Source: Candidatus Binatia bacterium (GTDB lineage: Bacteria; Desulfobacterota; Binatia; HRBIN30). Taken from it: DNA of 64,000 nt. The DNA lies in NCBI GenBank assembly GCA_038245295.1, contig JBBRSP010000003.1, positions 256,001-320,000 of the forward strand. The letters are read 5' to 3'. The position numbers and the translations under genes were made by a program. Below the pieces are notes generated by a model, which was given only the letters and a program-made list of their open reading frames with translations, made no database searches and was not told the origin of the DNA. The first letter of the stretch is position 1. Every line of letters starts with the position of its first letter. Shown piece after piece: positions 1 through 9,717 of this stretch.

Positions 1-1478
1 TTCGCAAGGAACAGGCCCTCAACGAGTTCGTCCCGCCAAAGGGTAAGCTGGCCAAGGCAGCCAATACCTGCCAGGGCAAGCTCGCCAAGGTTTTCGATCG
101 CAACGGACTTTCCGGCACGACGTCGATCCAGAAGTTCAATGCGGCGATTGACAAGGCCTTCACGGCGCCTGCTGCTCCGAACCAGACGTGTAACGACACG
201 TTCTTGGCTCGCCTTGGACACATGGTTAGCGGCGCGATCAACCAGGCCCCCGGTACGAACGACTGGGATTTTGCCAAGACATACCTTGCGGTTCAGACCG
301 TCCGCAGCGCAGAGAATGAAATGACGGCGCAGGTGCGCGACTTCGTTAACGTGATCAACGCGGCTAAGAGCGCCCCGGCGGCTATCGGAACAGGCGTTGC
401 AAATGCGGCCACCGATTGTACCCTCCCGACCAACTGCGACTACAAGCACACCAGCGGATGTCGGTCTGACCTCTGTGGCCTCGGCATCATGTGTCGCACG
501 CACAGCTGCACGCTGAGCAACTCGGGCCCGGCCCCGGGTGCCAGCTTCTCGCAGGTGAACCTCGCGGCGTCGCCGTTGGCGCCCTTCGCCCTCATTGGTC
601 GCAGCTCGTTTGAGATCTGCAGCCTCGAAGGGGAAAACTACCCGATCGGCGATACCGGCGATGGCTACTTGATCGTTGGCGGCCCGTCGAAACAGCTCGG
701 CTCGGTCAACCTCCTCGGCAATACCATCTGTGTCGACACGATCGCCGCCGAAGGGTACTGCTCGGCGGGTGGTACGTTCAATGGTCACTCGAAGAACCTG
801 ACGTTGTGCCAGGATCGCGTGACCAGCGATGCCGGGGGCATCGATGAGTGCGCTGGCGCCGACACGGGAGTGGGCGCGATCAGTGAAGCATCGTGTTTCT
901 GTGACCTCGGCGGCGGCCTGATTGGTGCCGCTTGTGGCGCCGGCGTTGACTGCGGCACGGGCACATGCGGCGTTACCGCGACTGGCTCGAAATGTTTCGC
1001 CGGGACCAAGACCGGTACTGTCAAGCTCGCTGGCACCGGGTCGACTGTCTCGGGCGACTGTGTCGTCCTCAACTCCACCGCCTTCACAACCCTCGGGTCG
1101 ATGGCCGCCTTCGGTGCCGACATGACGGCCTGCACCAACGACGACGTCGCGGCTCCTGCGGCGGTGGCGACAACCCCGTTCACCTCCGGGACGGCGCAAG
1201 CGCACTTGCTGGATGCGGTCTCGGCGACGGGTAGCTGCACTACAAATGTCAACACCAACTGTATCGAGGATGCCAACTGTGGCGGTTCGGACACGTGTGA
1301 CGGTACGCAGTCGCTAGTCAACGACTTGGCGACGGCGGTCTTGGTGGGTGCGCCTCTCGCCTCGGTTGTCAACTTCGAAACCAGCAACCTGAGCGGCCTG
1401 ACCCTAGTCGGTGGCTTCCCTGCGGCCAACAGCGGCACGGGCGACTTGGTTACGGCGTTCAAGACGACCTGCCAGTAA
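1..1478 (+). CDS. Cys-rich secreted/surface protein, 5' end outside window
   Basis: Frame is open from position 3 and continuous with ORF 204..1478. Gly/Ala/Thr-rich, about 24 Cys in small C-x-C modules, followed by a strong terminator. Confidence 0.75.
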   Translation, partial: RKEQALNEFVPPKGKLAKAANTCQGKLAKVFDRNGLSGTTSIQKFNAAIDKAFTAPAAPNQTCNDTFLARLGHMVSGAINQAPGTNDWDFAKTYLAVQTVRSAENEMTAQVRDFVNVINAAKSAPAAIGTGVANAATDCTLPTNCDYKHTSGCRSDLCGLGIMCRTHSCTLSNSGPAPGASFSQVNLAASPLAPFALIGRSSFEICSLEGENYPIGDTGDGYLIVGGPSKQLGSVNLLGNTICVDTIAAEGYCSAGGTFNGHSKNLTLCQDRVTSDAGGIDECAGADTGVGAISEASCFCDLGGGLIGAACGAGVDCGTGTCGVTATGSKCFAGTKTGTVKLAGTGSTVSGDCVVLNSTAFTTLGSMAAFGADMTACTNDDVAAPAAVATTPFTSGTAQAHLLDAVSATGSCTTNVNTNCIEDANCGGSDTCDGTQSLVNDLATAVLVGAPLASVVNFETSNLSGLTLVGGFPAANSGTGDLVTAFKTTCQ

Positions 1479-1502
1479 GTCGAATCGTTTGTTCGCAATA
1501 CG

Positions 1503-1536
1503 AAGGGTGGTGGGGAGAGATCCCCACCACCCTTTT
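1503..1536 (+). terminator. Rho-independent terminator
   Basis: aagggtggtgggga-gaga-tccccaccaccctt stem-loop running into a T tract. Confidence 0.9.
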
Positions 1537-1655
1537 GCGTGGTTCCCGTGAAATATATCAACGGTGTTGGTGCAATGATGGTGAAGTTCTTGCGCTGCGT
1601 TGCGTCCGAGCGCGGGGGCACATACTTGGTCGCTGGAAGGAGAAGCCTGAGCACA

Positions 1656-2213
1656 ATGTCGCATCGAGCACCGAGGAAATGGTCGCATCTGGCCGTATTG
1701 GGAGTCGTACTCTTGTGGAGCACGCAGCCGGTGCATGCCTTCGACGAGCCGACCGGGTATGGGAAGCTGCCGTTCCTGGCGAAAGAAGCGGAGATCAAGA
1801 AGACGTTTCCGAAGGCGACGTTGGTGGTTCCGTCCAAGGAGGTGCCCGATGGCACGCTCAAGCTGCCGGATCCTCCGTTCACCATGAATCACTACGAGAT
1901 GACCGGTGACTTCGGTCCCTTGAAGAACTGCAAGATCAACCTGCAGTGCTTCAAAGAGGTGTTCTATCAAGCCGGGGTCGTCTGCCCGCAGGATGCGGCG
2001 ACCGTCGAGAAGCACCTGCGCAGTCGCTTCGGCCCGCCGACGAAGACCCCCAAACCCAATATTCTCGAATGGTACGGCGATCGGACCCACGTCAGCTTCA
2101 ACAGCAAGGGCAACGCGTTTCTTATCGAGGATCTCAACACCAGCCTGAGCGCATCGCGGACGATTCAGGCCTATATCGCCAGCCAGGTGGGTGGCGGGGC
2201 GCCGCAACAATAG
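1656..2213 (+). CDS. Hypothetical secreted protein
   Basis: GAAGGAG RBS upstream; signal peptide ending VHA-F. Confidence 0.65.
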   Translation: MSHRAPRKWSHLAVLGVVLLWSTQPVHAFDEPTGYGKLPFLAKEAEIKKTFPKATLVVPSKEVPDGTLKLPDPPFTMNHYEMTGDFGPLKNCKINLQCFKEVFYQAGVVCPQDAATVEKHLRSRFGPPTKTPKPNILEWYGDRTHVSFNSKGNAFLIEDLNTSLSASRTIQAYIASQVGGGAPQQ

Positions 2214-2226
2214 CGTGCTGCAGGTG

Positions 2227-3465
2227 ATGCGCAGCCACGCGGCGCGTTGGGTCGCTTCGTTCGTGCTCGGCACTGCCCTGGCGAGGCTGACAGGGTGCAG
2301 CGCCGTGCGGATGTCGCGCGCTGTTCTTTCCGCGACGGCGTTTGATTGCACCATCCTGGGGGACAACGAGATGGGACGTTCGGTTTACGGCGTGGCCGTC
2401 GGAGATTGGAACGAGGACGGCCGGCAAGACCTGGTGTTCAGCGCCGCGGAGACGCGTATCCTGACGCCCTACATCAACGACGGGGCAGGGAAGTTTACGC
2501 GACTAACCCCGGTGGTAACTAGCGCCGTGCCTCGCGGGATTGGGGTTGGCGATATCGATCACGACGGCCATCTCGACCTGAGTGTGGCGCACGCTCGAAA
2601 TAATGAAGTGTATGTGTATGTTGGCGACGGTCACGGCGGGTTCTTCAAGAAGGGTCGGTACCTCACCGGGGATAGCCCGTTCGATGCTCCACTCGCCGAT
2701 CTGGATGGCGACGGCAACCTCGACCTGGTGATCGTCAATGAGAGCAATGCCGATCAGTCGGGATTGGGCCGCGTCAGCGTGCTTTACGGAAAGGGCGATG
2801 GCACGTTCGGGCCGGCGCTGGATTTGCGGGCCGGTCACTATCCGGCGCACGCGGTAATAGCCGATTTCGACGGCGGCAATGGCCCCGACATCGCCGTCGC
2901 CAACTGGGATTCGGCGACCGTTGCGGTGTGGCTCAACGATGGAGCGCGGCAGTTCAAACTTGCCGCCGAGTTCAAGACCGGTGGCGATCTAGCCTACTCG
3001 ATCGCTGCCGGTGATTTCGATCGTGATGGACGGGTCGACCTAGCGGTGACCGACACACGGTTCGCGCGGGTTTATGTGTTCGGCGGCAACGGTGATGGGA
3101 CGTTCTCGCGTAAGCAGGTATTGTCGGCGGGCACAGGCGTGCGGAATGTCGTCGCGGCGGATCTGGACCGCGACGGATGGCTCGATCTGATTACGGCCAA
3201 CGTGTTCGATAACACCCTTTCGGTCTTCCGTGGCGGGCAGGGTGGCCAATTTGCCGCCGCTGACGTGATTCCCGTCGGACGCGGGCCGCGCATCACGCGG
3301 GTTGCCGAGTTCAACGGCGATGGTGTGCCGGACATCGTCGTCACCAACCAGAACGGCCCGAGCGCGACACTGTTGCTGAGCACGCCCGGCCATGGAAGAA
3401 GCTGCCCGGCGCTAGAGCACCGGGATGATCAATCTGGGGGCGATCCTCAGGCAAAGGAGAGGTGA
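2227..3465 (+). CDS. FG-GAP/VCBS repeat beta-propeller, possible lipoprotein
   Basis: Seven D-x-D/N-x-D-G-x-x-D-L/I repeats; LTGC lipobox-like motif. Confidence 0.85.
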   Translation: MRSHAARWVASFVLGTALARLTGCSAVRMSRAVLSATAFDCTILGDNEMGRSVYGVAVGDWNEDGRQDLVFSAAETRILTPYINDGAGKFTRLTPVVTSAVPRGIGVGDIDHDGHLDLSVAHARNNEVYVYVGDGHGGFFKKGRYLTGDSPFDAPLADLDGDGNLDLVIVNESNADQSGLGRVSVLYGKGDGTFGPALDLRAGHYPAHAVIADFDGGNGPDIAVANWDSATVAVWLNDGARQFKLAAEFKTGGDLAYSIAAGDFDRDGRVDLAVTDTRFARVYVFGGNGDGTFSRKQVLSAGTGVRNVVAADLDRDGWLDLITANVFDNTLSVFRGGQGGQFAAADVIPVGRGPRITRVAEFNGDGVPDIVVTNQNGPSATLLLSTPGHGRSCPALEHRDDQSGGDPQAKER

Positions 3466-3471
3466 ACGAGT

Positions 3472-3870
3472 ATGCGTATGCGGATGATGATCGGTGCGGC
3501 CGTTCTTGTCGGGCTGAGCCACGCTGCGCTGGCGGCGGAGCCGAAGGTGTCCAAGAAGGGACCTGCCAAATCGGCGGTGGAAACTACGCTGCCGGACATT
3601 TTGAAGAAGCTGCTTCTCAGCATCGACGCCGATCCGGATTCGGGCGCGCCGCCGCTCAAGGTGAAGTTCACCGTGGATTTGTACGACGATGACCTGGACA
3701 AGCCGGCGTTCATCTGGAACTTCGGCGATGGCGGGACATCGAAGGAAAAGGAGCCGGTACACGTCTTCAAGAAGCCGGGCGACTACACGGTGACGCTTCG
3801 CATGGAAGATACACACGACCGGGTCGGCAATGCCGACATTTCCATCTCAGTCGCCGTACCCGAGGAATGA
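3472..3870 (+). CDS. Secreted PKD-domain protein
   Basis: Signal peptide; WNFGDGGTS...P.HVF..PGDYTVTL PKD signature. Confidence 0.85.
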   Translation: MRMRMMIGAAVLVGLSHAALAAEPKVSKKGPAKSAVETTLPDILKKLLLSIDADPDSGAPPLKVKFTVDLYDDDLDKPAFIWNFGDGGTSKEKEPVHVFKKPGDYTVTLRMEDTHDRVGNADISISVAVPEE

Positions 3871-3877
3871 CATCACG

Positions 3878-6800
3878 ATGGCGCCGCGCAAGCGCCAACG
3901 CGGTACCAAGGCGCAATCGGGCGGTGTACGTCTAGGAAAGGCGGGGAAGCGTGGTTGGCGCTCCCCGCCTTTCCTTTTATGTGCGTGCCTATTCGCCTCC
4001 GGTGTCGCGAGTTTGATGTTCGAGGTGGTCTGGACGCGCCAACTCCGCCTGGTTTTCGGGTCGACCAGTCTCGCGATTAGCACGACGCTGGCGGCCTACA
4101 TGATAGGGCTCGGGATTGGCGGGGTTGTTGCCGGCGGTTTGGCGGCGCGGTTGTCGAATCCGGGTCGCGCCTACGCGCTGATGGAGGCCGCGACAGGCGT
4201 CTACGCGCTGTGCGTCCCTTGGCTCATTCTTGGCGTAACGTCGATCGATACTGCGGGAGATGTCGAGAGCCGCTTTTGGCTGGCGGCGCTGTTGCGGTTT
4301 GTCGCTGCCTTGTTCGTGCTCCTTGTGCCCACGATGCTGATGGGCGCAAGTTTGCCTCTGCTTGTGGAGGCGGTGGTGCGCGACGAGGACGATGTCGGTG
4401 CTCCGACGGGCGTCCTCTACGGCATCAATACCCTTGGCGCCGTCTCGGGCGTGTTGGTGGCCACGTTTGTCCTGTTCCGCACCGTCGGCTTGGTTCGCAC
4501 CAGTTGGGTTGCCTCCGCCATCGACATCACGGTCGGACTAATCGCCCTGCTTTGCTTTGCGGATGCGCCAGCGCGCCACAACCCAGCAACAGCCGAACAG
4601 GGCTCTGGCGCCACACACAGATGGGACCGCACCCTGGCGCTTGCGGCGTATTCCCTGGTTGGGTTCACAGCGCTTTTGTTCGAGGTCACCTGGACCCGCC
4701 TGTTCAGCATGATCACCGGTTCGTCGGTCTACTCCTTCGCGACCATGCTTGCCGTGTTTCTGGCCGGGATCGCCGGTGGCAGTCTGCTGATCTCCCGCGT
4801 TCTGGCGCACCGCGATGATGCGTTGCGGACATGCGCGCAGGCGGCGGTGCTGCTGGCCTGCTCGGCGGCGTTCTCGTTCGCGGTGATTTCCTGGATTCCC
4901 GACCTGTACGCGCGCCTCGCTGTGGCATCACGACTGTCCACGATGGGAGTGCTCGGGAGTGGATTGCTTTGCGTCCTGTTGGTCATGCTGTTGCCGACGT
5001 TGATCCTTGGCGCGCTGTTTCCTCTCTTCGCGCGTGCCGTGGCAACGCTGCGCGGCGGCGCCGGTGAAGCCGTCGGAACCCTGGCATTTGCCAATAGCGT
5101 CGGTTCGGCTGTCGGGGCGTTTGCTACCGGCTTCGGCTTGATCCCGTTTTTCGGCATCGAGCGGACCATCGGAATCGGTCTTGCCACCGCCTTCCTGGTG
5201 GGTGCGGGCACTCATTGGCTGGCCGCACGCCGCCGCGGCGAGTCGGCGAGTTGGCAGCCGGTGGCGTGTGTGGTGGCGGCCGGGCTATGGATCATCGCCC
5301 CACCGCGATTGGATCAGGGCGCCCTGAGCCGCGGGGTCTTTCGGGATCCGGTCGAGTTTCTGAATGTCAGCGTCGCGCCGTTGCCTTTGCGTGGTGTTCC
5401 GCCGCCGCAGATCTTGTTCTATCAAGATGGCCTCAACACAACGGTTTCCGTGCATGCCAGCCGCGGCCAGCGCAGTCTCAAGGTGAACGGTAAGACTGAC
5501 GCGGGCACCGGTGCGGATATGTCGACGCAAGTCTTGCTCGGAGAGCTGCCGATGTTGTTTGGCCATCACGCCGACACGGCGCTGGTGATCGGTCTAGCTT
5601 CGGGCGTCACGGTTGGCTCCGTCGCTCTGCACGGGCCGCGGCAGGTTGATGTCGTCGAGCTCGAACCGGCGATGGCAGAGGCTTCGCATTACTTCGACGA
5701 GTACAATCATAGACCGCTTGAGAACCCATCGGTCAACCTCGTGACGGACGATGGTCGCACGTTCCTGGGGCGTCAGAGAGCGCGCTACGACGTCGTGATC
5801 TCGGAGCCCTCCAATCCATGGATGACCGGGGCGGCGAGCCTGTTTACGGAAGAATTCTTTGCGGCGGCCCGCAGCGCACTGAAGCCAGACGGACGACTTC
5901 TGCAATGGGTGCACCTCTACGCCATGCCCCGCGAAAGCCTCGCCTCCATCTTGGCGGCGCTGCGTAGCCAGTTCCCTTTTGTCTACGGCTTTACAGCCGA
6001 CCACGGATCGCTCGACCTCCTGCTGCTGGCGTCGCAGCAACCGATGGAACGAGCGGACCTGCCCGTCTGGGAAAATATCTCGCCCGCCGCGCGCGCCGAT
6101 CTCGCAAGGGTTGGGATCGGCTCGCGGGCCGAGTTGTTGAGTCTCCTGCGCTTGATGCCGGCGGATATCGCTACCCTCGCCGCGGCGGCGAGGACCGTAA
6201 ACACGGACGACAGCATGAGTGTGGAGTTGGATTCGCCGCTGGCACTGCACGATCGCCGCAGCGGCCAATCGAATTGGTCGGAGATCGAGCGCTTCAGCGA
6301 TGCCGCGACGACGCTGACGAATGATGAGAGTGGCCAGGCGCAGGTTGAGTTGGCTTTGGCATACCTCGAGCGCGGCGAACCGGCCTTGGCCACCCGCGCC
6401 GCGGCGGGCTTGACGGCAACTCCGGCCGGGGATGCTGTCGCCGCTCTGTCGCGGCTGCGGGAGGGTGAGGACGATACGGGCTTGCGTGACAGCGCCATCG
6501 ACGCTCTGGGGCGAGCTGCCGAGACGCACCCGCAAGCAACCGTACTTTACGCCAAGCGTGCCGCCTTGCTGTATGAGGCCGAGCGCTTCGATGAGGCAGC
6601 CTTGGCGATCAACCGCGCCATGGCGATTCGATCCGATGATCCCCGCAGCAGGTATCTGCGGCTTCAGATCAGACTTGCTCAGGGACAACTCGGCGGAGCC
6701 TGGGAAGATGCCGCGTCGTTGCTCGACTCGGCCTTTGGTGCGTACGAGCCTGGCCTCTGGCTCAATTTGTCCCGTGTGGCGCAGGCCCGGGGAGAGTTCA

Positions 6801-7099
6801 ACGAGGCGACCGAGGCATTACGCACTTATTTGCGTTTTGCACCCGAATACCCGGCCCATTGGGAGAACTTGTCGGTTCTCTTACGAAAGGTGGGACGCGA
6901 CGCCGAAGCAACGGATGCGGCGTACAACGCCGGGCAGGCGTCGCGCAATATCGTGCTGCGCCTACGACAGTTGGGCCGACGGGCCGAGTCGGCAGGGCGG
7001 CGTGACGAGGCTGTGGCCGAGCTCCAACGCGCCACGCAATTCGATCCGCAAGACGCAGCGGCTGGCGCCGATCTGCGTCGCTTGCTGATGACGCCGTGA
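3878..7099 (+). CDS. Fused membrane (MFS-like) / spermidine synthase-like methyltransferase with C-terminal TPRs
   Basis: Duplicated FEVxWTR TM blocks; LVIGLASGVT, VELEP, DDGR and DVVISEPSNPW motifs; TPR-like helical tail. Confidence 0.85.
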   Translation: MAPRKRQRGTKAQSGGVRLGKAGKRGWRSPPFLLCACLFASGVASLMFEVVWTRQLRLVFGSTSLAISTTLAAYMIGLGIGGVVAGGLAARLSNPGRAYALMEAATGVYALCVPWLILGVTSIDTAGDVESRFWLAALLRFVAALFVLLVPTMLMGASLPLLVEAVVRDEDDVGAPTGVLYGINTLGAVSGVLVATFVLFRTVGLVRTSWVASAIDITVGLIALLCFADAPARHNPATAEQGSGATHRWDRTLALAAYSLVGFTALLFEVTWTRLFSMITGSSVYSFATMLAVFLAGIAGGSLLISRVLAHRDDALRTCAQAAVLLACSAAFSFAVISWIPDLYARLAVASRLSTMGVLGSGLLCVLLVMLLPTLILGALFPLFARAVATLRGGAGEAVGTLAFANSVGSAVGAFATGFGLIPFFGIERTIGIGLATAFLVGAGTHWLAARRRGESASWQPVACVVAAGLWIIAPPRLDQGALSRGVFRDPVEFLNVSVAPLPLRGVPPPQILFYQDGLNTTVSVHASRGQRSLKVNGKTDAGTGADMSTQVLLGELPMLFGHHADTALVIGLASGVTVGSVALHGPRQVDVVELEPAMAEASHYFDEYNHRPLENPSVNLVTDDGRTFLGRQRARYDVVISEPSNPWMTGAASLFTEEFFAAARSALKPDGRLLQWVHLYAMPRESLASILAALRSQFPFVYGFTADHGSLDLLLLASQQPMERADLPVWENISPAARADLARVGIGSRAELLSLLRLMPADIATLAAAARTVNTDDSMSVELDSPLALHDRRSGQSNWSEIERFSDAATTLTNDESGQAQVELALAYLERGEPALATRAAAGLTATPAGDAVAALSRLREGEDDTGLRDSAIDALGRAAETHPQATVLYAKRAALLYEAERFDEAALAINRAMAIRSDDPRSRYLRLQIRLAQGQLGGAWEDAASLLDSAFGAYEPGLWLNLSRVAQARGEFNEATEALRTYLRFAPEYPAHWENLSVLLRKVGRDAEATDAAYNAGQASRNIVLRLRQLGRRAESAGRRDEAVAELQRATQFDPQDAAAGADLRRLLMTP

Positions 7100-7110
7100 T
7101 ACTCCGAAGC

Positions 7111-8244
7111 CTAGCGGAGAATGCCTATGCCATCGGGGAAGTCGAGGCCCTGGTCCATCACCTGCGGTGTTTGCGGTGCGCCGTTGACGAAGTGGATGCG
7201 CCGCACTCGCCCCAGTCCATCCACCGGGCCGATGCCGCCTTCGGTTTGGGCGATGGCAATGTCGGCAAAGTAGACGTCGCCGGCGGGGTCTACGCCGAGG
7301 CCGAGGGGCGTGCCGGTGCTGGGGTAGGGTAGTCTCTCGCCGGTCACCGGCGTCAGGATGCGGCGTACGAATGTACCGCTGGCATCGTATTCGGCGATGA
7401 CTCCGTTGAAGACACTGGAGACATAGAACGTGTCGTGGCCGCTGGCGACGACGGCATTCGGCGTCCGGACGTGGGTGTCGGTGTTGATGAACACCTCTTT
7501 GTGTAGCGCCGCAGCGGCGATCATCGGCGCGCCGGTAGAATCGGTGGATGCACAGCCGCCGGCCGCCGTGTCGCTAGTCGGGAACGGGCCGGTGTAGCGA
7601 TACACCGCCGGCGTCTCGCGAGCGCTCGCAACATAGATGCGATCGGTCGAATCGATGTAGATGCCGCCTGCCGTCCCGATGGTAATGTCGAGCTTGCAGT
7701 ACTTCGGCGACGCGGTATCGAACGGCGGGAACCAGACGATCAGCTGTCCATTCCCTGGACCATCGGCTTGATCGCCCACGTCGGTGGTGACGACGCGTCC
7801 AGCCGACAGAAAGCCGCAGCCATAGTTTTCCGCGTTGTCCGGCGAGCTTTGATACGTCGGTGTCAGCTTACCGATCTGGCGGACGGCAAACTTGCCGATC
7901 GCGTTGCCGTCGAGCTGAAAGATGCCCCAACCCTGTGGCGGGCTGGGCTGATTGGTGTCTTCGCCGGCGATGAAGCGATGCGAACCATCGGGAAAGAAAC
8001 AGATCTGCCCGTTGATATCGCGCCCGCTCGGATCTTCGGCGTGGTTGTGGTCGACAATCTGTTTGACGACGGCGCCGTCGGCGGTGAACTGATACGCGTC
8101 CAGACGGTTGTTCTCGGCGCTGAAGATGATTGGTGCCTGAGCCGTCGCCGAAGTTGAATTGTCCCCGTCGTCACCACACGCCGCGAGCAGCATGCCGGCA
8201 CCGACGAGGAGCACCCCAAGGCCAATGCTCCGAGAAGTACGCAT
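7111..8244 (-). CDS. Hypothetical lipoprotein, NHL/SMP-30-like beta-propeller
   Basis: LAAC lipobox; GTPLGLGVDPAGDVYFAD and FPDGIGI propeller-like motifs. Confidence 0.65.
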   Translation of the reverse strand: MRTSRSIGLGVLLVGAGMLLAACGDDGDNSTSATAQAPIIFSAENNRLDAYQFTADGAVVKQIVDHNHAEDPSGRDINGQICFFPDGSHRFIAGEDTNQPSPPQGWGIFQLDGNAIGKFAVRQIGKLTPTYQSSPDNAENYGCGFLSAGRVVTTDVGDQADGPGNGQLIVWFPPFDTASPKYCKLDITIGTAGGIYIDSTDRIYVASARETPAVYRYTGPFPTSDTAAGGCASTDSTGAPMIAAAALHKEVFINTDTHVRTPNAVVASGHDTFYVSSVFNGVIAEYDASGTFVRRILTPVTGERLPYPSTGTPLGLGVDPAGDVYFADIAIAQTEGGIGPVDGLGRVRRIHFVNGAPQTPQVMDQGLDFPDGIGILR

Positions 8245-8298
8245 GCGGCGCCCTAGACCACGAGATTTGCGGGCAAGTCAACTCGTTTGGCCAAATGG

Positions 8299-9570
8299 TT
8301 AGAGGCTGGCGCGCGATCCTGATTCGGGCGTCGGCTCATCGTAGGGTGGAACGGGGATGGTCGGCGCATCGACGCGCACCATCTTGCCGTTGCGCGTGAT
8401 GCGAAACTCATGGCCGCTCCAGCGCACCGTGTTGCCGAGAAAAGCGAAGAACCAGATCGCGCCGGCGAAGAGATCCTTGGGGATGACACACAAGGCCTCG
8501 AGCCAGGACATCGGTGCGTGGAAGTAGCGGTTGGCGATCTGATGTGCCGTGGCCACGCGGATGGCAAACAGAGCGATCGCTGCCGCGACCGACCACGGTG
8601 CGCCGAGGTTGACGACGACGTTGAGGATCGCCCACATCGATCCGTGGGTGACGCCGAGACCGAAGTAGCTAACGGGCCGAACGCTGCGATAGGTGCGCGC
8701 CCAGCGGAGTTGGTGATCAAACAGCCGCCGCCAGGTGCCTACAGCCAGGACGGTCTCGACGATGAGGTCGGCGATGACAATCCGGTAGCCGCGTTCGACT
8801 GCGTGGTAGCCGAGGTAGAAGTCGTCGGCGAGGTAGTCGACCAGGCGCAAGAAGCCGCCGATCTCATGCAGCACCGACCGCCGCACCGCGATGGTCGCCC
8901 CGAAGGCGTAGGCGGTGGTCTCGACGTATCGCGCCACACAGATGCTCGGCGCGAAGTCGGCGTTGATAAACAGCGATTCCACCAGGGTAGGGATGCCGCC
9001 CGTGTTGACAGCGCGGTAAACGCAGGTGACGACACCGACTGCCGGGTCTTTCAATTGCGCCACAAGGCGGCGGATGTAGTCCGGGGTGACGCGAATGTCG
9101 CTATCGGCCAGCACAAACACGTCATGCTCGGCAATCTGCACCATATTATGTAGGTTGCTGATCTTGTAATTGGCGCCGTAGATGCGCGGGTCGACGACAA
9201 GACGAATCGTGAGAGCCGGGAAGTCGCGCTCGAGCTTGTGAACTACCTCGATTGCCGGATCGTGCGGGTCGGCGACGCCGAAGACGACCTCGAAGCGCGG
9301 GTAGTCCTGTCGGCAAAAGGTTGCGAGATTGTCGTAAAGGTCGACCTCCAACCCCTTGAGCGGTTTCAGGACGGATACCGGCGGTAGACTTTGAGCATCG
9401 CCGGCATGTCCGTTGGTCAGCTTTCGGCGCGAGAAGGCACGGGCCGCAAAGACGCTGGCGACGTAATAAAACGCCGACGCCAGGATGCCAATCGCCAACA
9501 CGGCCTGCAGAGCGTATCCAAGGATCACAGTCGAACCCATTCCGTTCCGAACCCCAAAACGTCCAGTCAC
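8299..9570 (-). CDS. hpnI: Hopanoid-associated GT2 glycosyltransferase (HpnI/ceramide glucosyltransferase family)
   Basis: PPVSVLKPLKG, NYKISNL, DSD, LADDF and HQLRWART motifs; start may be 9543 or 9570. Confidence 0.8.
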   Translation of the reverse strand: MTGRFGVRNGMGSTVILGYALQAVLAIGILASAFYYVASVFAARAFSRRKLTNGHAGDAQSLPPVSVLKPLKGLEVDLYDNLATFCRQDYPRFEVVFGVADPHDPAIEVVHKLERDFPALTIRLVVDPRIYGANYKISNLHNMVQIAEHDVFVLADSDIRVTPDYIRRLVAQLKDPAVGVVTCVYRAVNTGGIPTLVESLFINADFAPSICVARYVETTAYAFGATIAVRRSVLHEIGGFLRLVDYLADDFYLGYHAVERGYRIVIADLIVETVLAVGTWRRLFDHQLRWARTYRSVRPVSYFGLGVTHGSMWAILNVVVNLGAPWSVAAAIALFAIRVATAHQIANRYFHAPMSWLEALCVIPKDLFAGAIWFFAFLGNTVRWSGHEFRITRNGKMVRVDAPTIPVPPYDEPTPESGSRASL

Positions 9571-9717
9571 CTTAACCGCCCGGTTAGGGTAAGGGCCAAA
9601 AAAACCCCGCGACTCGCGGGGGCACCCAAACCGGGCAGGCGGCCAGTGGGTTACCGTAGCCCTTCGACGCAGTCAACCCGTGGTCTTCACGGAGAATTCT
9701 CAGTAAGGACACACGCC

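Noticed and set aside
3850..3870. C-terminal VPEE of the PKD protein as a PEP-CTERM signal
   Set aside because: No TM helix or basic tail follows before the stop.
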